A stretch of DNA of 60,751 nucleotides, the filler included, from Sphacelaria rigidula (lineage: Eukaryota), in NCBI GenBank assembly GCA_964200075.2. It is 7 parts of 7 records of this genome, joined end to end, with 100 filler letters (N's around TTAATTAATTAA, not from the genome) between each part and the next. Parts side by side here need not be neighbours in the genome. Positions count along the whole stretch, not along the records: positions 17,389 to 25,981 come from CAXNAA020010653.1; positions 26,082 to 34,674 come from CAXNAA020010654.1; positions 34,775 to 43,367 come from CAXNAA020010655.1; 4 more parts are not named here. The stretch is one strand, 5' to 3'. The notes under the pieces were generated by a model that was not told the DNA's origin, searched no databases, and was given only the letters and a program-made list of their open reading frames with translations. The translations under genes were made by a program, and so were the position numbers. Shown here one piece after another: positions 25,836-35,492 of the stretch; position 1 is the stretch's first letter; each line of letters begins with the position of its first letter.

Positions 25836-27514
25836 CTGTACGTTGAATGGCCACATCAGGCAGGAGGGGAGTGAAGGGGAGGGGGACGTGTGCGCGTGGT
25901 GTACGGGGGGGGGGGGGGAAGGAGGGGGGGTTAATGTACATTACGTGGCGGAAGAAAAAAAGAAAGGCAAACATGCAAGGGNNNNNNNNNNNNNNNNNNN
26001 NNNNNNNNNNNNNNNNNNNNNNNNNTTAATTAATTAANNNNNNNNNNNNNNNNNNNNNNNNNNNNNNNNNNNNNNNNNNNNGGCTCTGTAGGGATGCGAG
26101 GTCAATGGTCTCATGACTATGGCATACATGATCATGAGTACACCCCCTCTAGTTTTCTTCCCCAAGTGTTCTCAATCTGCTTGGGTTCAGGGTTTCGAGT
26201 TCGGGTTCCGGTAGGGTTCAGGAGTTCTGACATTTCTCAACTACGGGCTAGTTGACGACGAGAGCTTGGGTAGACCCACCCGCCTCTTGGGTTTTTGTGA
26301 TACCGGCCCATTCACGTCAGGTGTACGTTATTATAGATGTCAAACCAGTCCCCCATATGTAGATGCATAGTAGCAAACTTCGGCTTGAATTTATCTTGGA
26401 AGGTCCTTCCCTGCCTCCACGTTGGCCAGGCGGGAAATCACGTGGAGTTTCTTACTGCGGTCTCACCCCTATCTGTCCCCAAATTCTATGATTGAAAGTT
26501 GCCTGGGTTTCAGTGTGGACCATCACATTCTTCTGATATGTAGTACTTTCATAGGGCTGGTTGACAGTCTCGAGAGCTTGCCGGGCATGCGGATCACGCA
26601 GGGTTTTTTTTAATCAAAATCCGTGCTTTTTTCAAGGCGGAATTTTGAAAGCCCCGCCCCGTCAACGCGCACTCTGCGTTTCATACATCCTCCGCTCTAC
26701 CCGTGCGCTCTGGGCATCTCTGTATGCCATTTGTTGTCATGGGTTTTGAGTTTTAGGGTTTCAGCCTTGAAGATTCACAAGAACATTGTGTACGTCCACC
26801 GTGAACGTTTGAACGTTTGAACGTGTGGGCGTAAAAATCTACCTCAGGCGGGTTGACACGATACACAGTGCCGTTTTTTTATTTTGTCGACGCGCGGTTA
26901 AGCGCGGAGGGTGCAGTGGGCGAGCAGCGAAACCGCTGTAGTATCCGTCTGTGCCCGAGAGATGAGCGCGCGGGGGGGGGGGGCGTACTCATTTGATCAG
27001 CGGAGGGAGGGGGCAGGCGTTTGGGAGTGGGGCACGGGAAGAGTAGCCTGCATCATGAACCTGATTTTTTCTTGTTGTTTCGTGGTGGACTTTTACAACA
27101 TCTTATTGGATAAAAAAACGAAGTGGAGACATTTAGTTCATGTGTGTTAGTGTGTGTGGCATCTGCAGTATACGACCTCTGTTTTTCGTTTCAACTTTTT
27201 TTTTTTACTGTAAAAGTGTTTTCGGCTTTGAAAAAAAAGCAAATATGATAACTTGGGTTTTCGTGTATTTTTTTGAAAATGACAGGGCACTCCTCCCTCC
27301 GTGCTCCGTCTGTCAATCGATCGATGCGTGGTCAATTGTCAAGAACGACTACGGGCAAGCAACAGATGAATACACCCTCTACCCCTCCCTCCTTGTGGAA
27401 ACAAGCCACGTCACTCGTCGTGTTTTTCGTCTCCACCTCCTTGATTTCTCTTTTGTGGGCGTACTCCTTTCCCTTGCACGAACTTGACTAATCCTACCAT
27501 AGGATTCGTTTCAG

Positions 27515-28017
27515 CAACACGATGTGCAGGAGCTGTGCCGGGTGCTGTTCGACGCCCTCGAAAGCACGTTCCAGGGAACGGTCAACGAGAAGCTCGTCAA
27601 CGACTTGTACCAAGGTATGTTGCTTACGCCCCCACCACGCTCACCCGCCACCGAGTGTGTGTCTGTCCCTTGTGCGACACTTCGTGCAACCCTTGGAAAG
27701 AAGCGTCAGTTTTTCTTATTTATTTATTTTTGCACAGAGATTTTTCGCCCTTGGACCAGGTATGATATGTGACAACGGGTTCAAAATTCTTATTTTCAAC
27801 GTTCTTGGTTTTTTATATTAATGACAAGATGTTTTCCTCGCTTCTTGTATTGCCGCGGACTGCTACTGTATGCGTGTCGTCTTTCTGCTGCTGTTCCGCA
27901 CGTATTTCAGGGTCCTTGAGGGACTACGTTACGTGCAAGGTTTGTCACGCGGAAAGCAGCCGGTTAGATAACTTCTTGGACATCTCGCTTGTGCTTCGGC
28001 CATTTGGAAGTGACAAG
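27515..28017 (+). CDS. Ubiquitin carboxyl-terminal hydrolase (peptidase C19, USP47-like), exons 27515-27614 and 27911-28017
   Basis: cag|[34 protein letters not shown]|gtatgt, then cag|[35 protein letters not shown]|gtaata. Shows the QHD box and finger CxxC; phase-1 join in frame. Confidence 0.92.
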
Positions 28018-29222
28018 GTAATACATATATTTATATATATATCTTGAATGGAAGTTAAATGGCTAGGTGAATGAATACATGAAGAGGAGATGAAGAGAAG
28101 GAATATTGATTGGTTGAAATATGAATTAATTGATTGATTGAAGAAACACAGACTGACGTTTCCAGAAAAAAATGGTGAACGTTCACGGAGCGTAATAATG
28201 GCAAATGACGTGTTTTTGAGAGTTGGGACCGCTGTACTCTCTCCTCCATTTTTTTTCCTTTCTACTGGGAAGTTTGATGTTGGGTCGTGTGTCACGCAGT
28301 CGATGAAATCCACGAGATTACTCGGCTGTTCCTGTGAATAGCATCACACCACAACCCTTGGATACGCACGTAAAAACCTGTTATTTTCCCGAAAAAAAAT
28401 TCGTGTCGTTTTGGCTACTTCGTTTTTTACAAGAAGGAAAAATGTCCCCGTAGTTGTGCTTCTGTCAAAATCGTGTATCCGAATTGTTGTCCAGTACGAT
28501 GCTTTTTTGGTCAGTCCCTTTGACGCAAAACAATTCCCACTCTTTGGGGACCAAGGGGGACTAACTCCCGGGCGAATGATGAGGATTTATTTACTTTTTT
28601 TATTGCGTTCGACCTCGACCTACTAAATCACGGTCAGGCAACAGTCATCGACCAGCCCCGATCGACCAGCGGCACGTAGCGTAACAGCCAAACTAGTGTG
28701 ACGCGGCTGAAACAGGATTTACACACGTCCAGTAGGAAGCTTGGTTAACTTAGTGTTCCCGGGACTCCCTGGGGTTATTCGACACTGGTCTTCAAAGAAG
28801 GCAGGTTTCACCACTCCATTTATTTACTTGGATTTTTATGTGGCGCTCATTCCCGGATTTTTCTATCCAGACTGAGTAGCCTACACTTGACCCCAAGTTA
28901 TATTTAGATCCCTGTCGTCTTGGCGGCAAAAAGCTGGGATAAAACCGCCATGAGCTCCGCGCATCTGAATGAAGAGGCCTTGAAAGCTGCGGTTGTGGTA
29001 TACATCGCAAACGGCGATTCATATACTGTATGCCGGTAGATAATTACTGGGGGGGGGGGGGGGGGGGGGCTCTCTCGCCTCCCGAGAGTATGCGGCCGGA
29101 GCTTCTGCAGTCGTTGGCGGCTCGTGCTGTACTGTAGCTGGCGAGAAACGGCGGGATCCTTCCTTGACAATATGCCCTCAAGTGAAGAGAGAAAGAGAGA
29201 GAGAGACCGACAGGGAGAGAGT

Positions 29223-29464
29223 TGGCGCGCGCAGGGCACCCGGTTTGTGTGATGCAGGCAACGGCGGGAGCTATTTCAGCAATAACCACGGAGGAGGTGC
29301 CAGCGTGGGGCGGGTCTGGGCGGCAATCGCTTTGGAGAGAGGAAGTTGGTGGCGCGCGTAGACCCTCCCGGTCTGTGTGATGAGGGCAATGGCGGGAGCT
29401 GTTTCAGTGATGAGCACGGAGCAGGTGTCAGGACGGGGCCGGTCCCAGCGGCAATAGCTTTGGA
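29223..29464. repeat. Diverged 128-bp tandem duplication
   Basis: cccggt(t/c)tgtgtgatg at 29239 and 29367; gctttgga at 29329 and 29457. Confidence 0.85.
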
Positions 29465-30899
29465 AACCAGGTGGGCATGGAACGCTACGGCGGGAATACT
29501 CGAGTACCGGAATGGTCCAGGTCAGTGAAGTATGGTATGGTACAGCCAAGTTCAGCACCGGGCATGTCGGGATACGCCGCCGGCATGGGCGGTAGTACAG
29601 TGGGGCGGGAGACACACACAATGACAGTGCGCGAGCGACCCATACCCGTATTTCGTTGCTCCCCTATCGGGGTGTCCCCTGTCAGAAGATTTTGGTATAC
29701 TCTACCACGCTCCTGACGATACCTTCCCGGGCCCTCACGAGTTTTCAAGTGAGTGTTGGTATTTGGCACGCCGTCCTTGCGTCGCTTCCCCTTGTGTTTT
29801 TCGCGATGTCATATCAGGAGAGGGTGTGATGTGTTCGGTTTGGATCGCATGAAAACGAGTTGAAGAGTATGCAGTCAGTACGGGGTAGTTTTGTAGACGG
29901 ATGTCGACCCGGTTCCACGCTCAGGCTGTTGTATCGCAGGATGTGCTACGTCATTTTCCATCGCATCCTCACAATAGCGACTGAGACGTTGTACGTGGGT
30001 GCGCGAGAAGTTCCTTCCTGCAGCACGACGCGGCACGCGTGTTTCGTTTCTTTTTTTGTACACCCTGGATCATGACAGTAGATTACATTTCTGAGGAGCG
30101 TACTTTGTACAGTATCGGCTATTGCGTCTATTGCAGTAGACCATAAATTGTATGGTGTACACAGTACGCTTTTTGATGATGTAATCTACCGTCCAGGTTG
30201 TGTGCTTCCGTCGATTTGAATAAAAATAGACGAGGTACGAGCTGATTGACGCTCATCACCCGAAGAAAATAGTAATTAGGAGATTCCTTTCGCGTTACCT
30301 ATTCGGTAGTCGCATACATGGTATCCTACCGACCGCCATGAACAACTGAAGCGGGCGATATTGCCGGAATTTTTGTTCAGGGGCTGAAATAGATCTTGTT
30401 CGAGAACTAGAGGCGAAACGGGGCGTCTTCTGAAATAGCGACGTTCAAGTTGTTCTGAAATTAAACGACGAATTCCCAACACAATTTCTACCCGACCTCA
30501 ACATGCTTCAAATCGTAGTAAACCGCCGTTAGCTCGGAAATCCAAATACCCAACACGCTGGTCTAGCAAACACCATTTTTTCATCCCCCCGCACACAACG
30601 GAGCCGACACACCAGTGTTCAACCCACCCGCGCAAGACAGACCCGGCATAAATGGAGCGCACGCCACAGCACCCACACCCACAACACCACAGCTCACACG
30701 CACACATACACAGACGAACCACCAGCAGCTAGCCGCAAAAGCGACAGCAGCAGCAGCATTACTATAGTACGGAAACCGCCGAGAAGCAGTAGCAGGAGTT
30801 GTGTAGAGTGGAGGCCGCTGCTGTTGCTCATAATGAGAGAGGTGAGCGGATAGGCGGTTGGCAGGGAGCCGAGACAATCCACACTCCCACATTTTCACC

Positions 30900-31235
30900 A
30901 CACCGAGTAGCATGACGTTGCCCCTCTGCAAAGACAGAGCCATTGCGAAGGCAAGATCACGCCGGATCGAGCGACGCGAGGGTTGAGTATCAAGGCACGA
31001 TGATCCCATCTGTTCCCCCGGAGGTGTCGGAGATGCACCCATGTGCTGCTGGTCCTGCTCCAGCAGGAGCAGGACTGCCGTCTCGACACATCCTAGCCGC
31101 GACGGCTGTTTCGACAGGTACCCAGGTGCGTGCGGGCCAAGCGTCAACCACAAAGTTGTTTTTTCCGTCCCACCATAGCATATGTGTATCGTCTCTACCG
31201 ACCTGTTTTATTTTGGTGCGCTCAACGAAATCATG
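30900..31235 (-). mobile_element. Possible C-terminal restriction-like-endonuclease remnant of a CRE-type non-LTR element
   Basis: With one frameshift reads ...NFVVDA/LGPHAPGYL...RRDLAFAMALSLQRGNVMLLG, resembling the FxVETxGxxGxxA...LSxALQRGNA tail of CRE-clade elements. Confidence 0.4.
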
Positions 31236-31280
31236 AAGCGCCCAACGGCTAGCCCGCAACTCCTTCAAAATTTAACAGAC

Positions 31281-31650
31281 GATTTTCAAGAGTGAGGATG
31301 GAGCTTTCCATCGAGGATGACAACCGACGAAAAGTGAACATGTTCGTATCCACACCAATTCTTCGAAACATAGTTTCACTCCTCCATCTACTGGTAGCTA
31401 TCGGTGACTTCTACACGCCATGCAAATTTGGATTTCGACAATGGAAATTTTGGGGTCCAATGCGAAAAACAGTCATGAGGAATTTCGGTTATCGGAATCC
31501 ATATTTGTATGGCGTATAGTAGCCGTCGAAAGCTACCAGTAGGTGATGAAATGAAACTGTATTTCGAAGAATTTGGTGTGGATACGAAGATTTGTTTTTC
31601 GGGATATCGTCCTCAATGGAAAGCTCCCATCCTCCATCCTCAACTTTGAA
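31281..31650. mobile_element. Foldback family A hairpin (~170-bp arms)
   Basis: gaggatggagctttccatcgaggatga...ttcgtatccacaccaattcttcgaaa pairs with tttcgaagaatttggtgtggatacgaa...tcgtcctcaatggaaagctcccatcctc. Confidence 0.9.
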
Positions 31651-34437
31651 AGTTGGCTGTTGAGTGGTGGTACGATTTTTTTTTTGCAAACCTTTCAACC
31701 CCCCAAACGTTGGAAGCAAGCAATTACTCCGATGAGTGTTGGTGACAGAAAAACGTCAAGACATTGAAACATGGCGGGTCAAATCGCAGAATATAAATAT
31801 AACACGGCATACATTTTTTAGGATGAGCCTTGGGAACCTTCATAACTTCATAAAGGCATATGCAGTCCCCGGTCCTGATGTACCATCCCATGAAAAATCC
31901 ATCTGCAATCTGTCAAATCCAGTGTTCATATCGAACAACCTTTTGGCTTCAGTCCATTTCCCGCACAAAACGATCGTTCTTATTCATAATAATCCCCTAT
32001 TAACACGGATTACAAATTTCGGATGGATTTTGCTTTCGAGGATGAGCCAGGCACACATGACGGCGGGAGTGTGCATTTGTGTTTCTTTTTCGAGTAATTA
32101 TTCCGATGCTTACAAAGGTTCCGAAGGCTTCCCCTAAAAAAACAAGTGCGACACTCGTACTTGTAAAATCCCGGGTTAAGCAAGTGGTGGTGCCCTACAC
32201 GAGAGAGGTGAAAGTCTTATTCCCCGCGATCCGGTGAACGATGTGCACTGTGTTGGCAATAGTATAGTAAAACCTCTATACAGACAATAGTATGGTAGTC
32301 CTCTATCGTGAAGAGGATAGTAGGTTTTGGTGAAAAAACCAGAGGAAACAGGACGATTACACACCGATAGTATTTTTTGACTCGGTTCACTGAGAGGATG
32401 TCAGTTCTTCATGAACGTTCGAAATTATTCTCTGAAAAAAAATCAATCCTGTGCTCTTGCAATTCATTGCCCATCCCTCCTCTGAACGCTCTCACTGCTC
32501 TACATGTACAGCCGCGATATCCTTCCTAGCCAACGAGTTAAAGGGCTATCAGAAGTTCCCTTTCCTTGGGGACGCGGAGAAGACACGGGACAACGCGACT
32601 GACATGGCCATGGCGAAGGTGGGAGACGACTTCAGCCTGAAAGGGCGCAACAAGAACCGGGTGAGGTTCGGTCCTCCCGTCTCGCGGTGTGCTGCACGCG
32701 TCCACGCATGCGCGTGCAGCACACCGCGAGACGGGAGGACCGAACCCCACCTGGTTTTTTACTGCGTCGTTTCAGGCAGAAGCCGTCTCCCACCTTCGCT
32801 ATGACCATGCTGATCGATTTGTTCTATGTCTGCTTCGTGCCCCCAGGGGAAAAGGGACCTCATAGCTCTTGAACTCGTTTTCTAGGCGTGATCTGGCGGC
32901 TGTACATGCAAGAGAAGGAAAGAGGGAGAGAGCGGTCAGAGGGAGATGGGGTAAGGATGAGAAGGGTGCTGCAGAATTTCAGAGAGTAGTAGTATTGTGT
33001 GGGGACCACCACATGTAAGGCTACTTGTCATGTGTAAAATAATAAAAGTTGCTGAAAAGTGCATTTTTGGCCCTTCTCCATCGTTTTCGTTCTGAAATGA
33101 GGGCTAGGTGATGTTGACACCTCAAAATGACTTGCTCTACTCGCTGAGATCGTTCCAGAGCGCCTTTGCGTGTTCCGTAGGTGGCAGTTTCGTTTTTGGC
33201 CAAACTTGCCTTTTTCAATAACAAAACGGTCAAGTTATAAAAAAAAAACAGGGGGAAACCTTCCATTTTTTGGTAACTTGACCGTTTGTTATTGAAAAAG
33301 GCAAGTTTGGCCAAAAACGAAACTGCGACCTACGGAACACGCGAAGGTGCTCTGGAACGATCTCAGCGAGTAGAGCAAGTCATATCAAGGTGTTTAGCAT
33401 CCGCCTAGCCCTCTTTTCGGGAGGGAAACCACGAAGAAGGGTAAAAAATGCACTTTTCAACAAGTTTTTCTTGTACATGAGAAGTGGCCTAAGGGGAAAA
33501 TTCCCGCAAGTGTCCGTCGAGGAATTGCCTTTTTCACAGTTGAACGTTTTTTCTTAGAGCTAACATCTTTTCAGTGAATCGAGTGAAAATCTATCGGGGT
33601 GTAATCGTTTCGTTTGCTGCTGGTTTTTACCTGAACCTACTAAATATCCTCTTCACGACAGAGGTTCACCATACTGCTGTCTGTAAAACCTCTAACCCAA
33701 CACAGGGCACGTCGTTCACCCGATCGCGGGGAATGAAACTTTCACCTCTCTTTTTTGTAGGGTACCACCACATGTATAACACATGATTCTACAAAAATAC
33801 GAGAGTTGTGTTTTTGTTGATAGGTTGAGCCTCTGGAACCTTGATGAGCATCGAAATACTCGGTCGAGAAAGAAACACAAGTGCACGCTTCGGCCGTATT
33901 GTGTGCCTCGCTCATCCTCAAAAGTAAAATTCTTCCGCAATTTGCAATCCGTGTTGAGTGGGTATTCCCATAAATAAGGAGAACCGTCTTGTGCGGGGAA
34001 TAGAGCGAAGCCGAAACGTTGTTGTTCGATATAAACACGGGGTTTTACTAATTGCAGATGGATTTTTTACAGGATGGGCGAAGTACCCATCATGGCCGGG
34101 GACTGCGTTTGCCCTGATTTTTGTAGAATATTCCGATCCTTAATGAAGGTTCCCAAAGCCCATGCTGAAAGAAAATACACCCGCAATATTGTAAAATCCC
34201 GTGTCATATTATGTGATTTGACCCGCCATGATATGGCTGTTCTGTGAAGTTTCCATTGGTCGACAAGTCAACGTCTTCTTCCCGCTAGAAAGCGATATTT
34301 TGAAGTTTTTCGTTCACCGACACTAATGAAAGTTATTGCTTGCTTCCAACGTTTGGGGATGGAAAGGCTCGTAAGAGAACATTTCGTACGACCACGTAAC
34401 AGTTGGTTTTTAAAATTTTGGATGGAGCTTTTCATTA
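31612..34437. repeat. Giant palindrome, ~1.1-kb arms, 10-nt loop at 32701-32710
   Basis: 31612-32450 pairs with 33520-34437 and 32468-32700 pairs with 32711-32952. The innermost 36 bp (32665-32700 / 32711-32746) are perfect. The right arm carries a MITE insertion. Confidence 0.9.
33019..33489. mobile_element. PIF/Harbinger (Tourist-like) MITE, palindromic along its whole length
   Basis: TAA (33016-33018) GGCTACTTGTCATG ... CATGAGAAGTGGCC TAA (33490-33492): 3-bp TAA duplication and GGC/GCC termini. Confidence 0.85.
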
Positions 34438-35128
34438 ACCCTTTTGGGACCGGACCTCCAGAACGACCAAGTAGGCTGGTCAGGAGTGACGTGTCTGGCG
34501 TCTGCACGAAACAGTGCCGTGTTGTTGAAAATCCGCGTATGTAACCGCAGAGTTGTTATGACGAAGACCGAAAGTTTCATCCAATCTGTTTTCATGTGCA
34601 GGGTGCGCATTAGGTGATGAGCATCTGATGTAGCATGCAGTATGAGTCGTGGTGGAGAGCTTCCAACAGGATGCNNNNNNNNNNNNNNNNNNNNNNNNNN
34701 NNNNNNNNNNNNNNNNNNTTAATTAATTAANNNNNNNNNNNNNNNNNNNNNNNNNNNNNNNNNNNNNNNNNNNNGTCAATGGTCTGATGACTATGGCATG
34801 CATGATCTTGAGTACATCCCCCCCCCGGGAAGATTCCGGTTTCGAAAGCAACACCACCCAAGTCCCTATAACCTACATGTATATCGTCCATGATGTGATC
34901 GCGGCTGGATCCTTGGGCGATCAGTTCAAGCGCTATAATCAACCAATCAGTCCACCAATCCATATCCATACATATGTGGGTTTGTTGTACGAGTGTCATC
35001 CTTCCTTCGTCTTGTCCCCTTTTGGAGTTTCTTTGAGCGACTATTTCCGTTTTGCCTACCTTGGGTACATACGTCTACGTTGCGACCGCGGCATGATCCT
35101 CGTGGATCGGTAAATGTGAGACAATCGC

Positions 35129-35207
35129 GCCCCGGTGGTGTAATGGTCCGACTATCGCCATGAGGGTGGAGAGAACGGAGGTTAGATTCCCGATGCGTTG
35201 GGCTTTT
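35129..35207 (+). pseudogene. tRNA-derived relic or SINE head
   Basis: 75-nt GCCC...GGGC followed by TTTT; A-box TGGTGTAATGG; degenerate B-box GGTTAGATTCC; stems do not fold cleanly. Confidence 0.35.
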
Positions 35208-35359
35208 CCTTCGTGATGTCTGATTTCCATCTTGGAAAGCGTGAGAAGGTGAGTATAAACAAAAAGCACTTCACTAATCTTGTTTGGCGTGAGTTGACGC
35301 GGTGCGGGAGTGCTGATAGTCATGACCCAATCTGCGAGACCAAAATGCAAGGCGTGTAC

Positions 35360-35423
35360 CAGGGAGAGATGGGTTGATCCCTTGAGATCGCGAACTCATC
35401 CCGAGGAAGGGGAGAGGTTCAAA
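35360..35423 (+). repeat. Short interspersed repeat family G (gagatgggttgatcccttgagaccgcggactcgtcccgaggaagggg consensus)
   Basis: Related copies at 305-350, 18125-18186, 18490-18545 (-), 25010-25052, 37585-37622 and 39470-39535 (-). Confidence 0.75.
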
Positions 35424-35492
35424 GTGCGACAAAAAGATTTGAAATGATAAATTAATCAACTATAATCGATGAATCAACCAATCAATCCATAC

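Noticed and set aside
26180-26225. Telomere-like repeats (also 5484-5497, 11364-11373, 26741-26762)
   Set aside because: Too short and degenerate to call telomeric arrays.
28930-29050. EEALKAAV segment as a USP continuation or pogo-type HTH
   Set aside because: Following residues match neither family convincingly.
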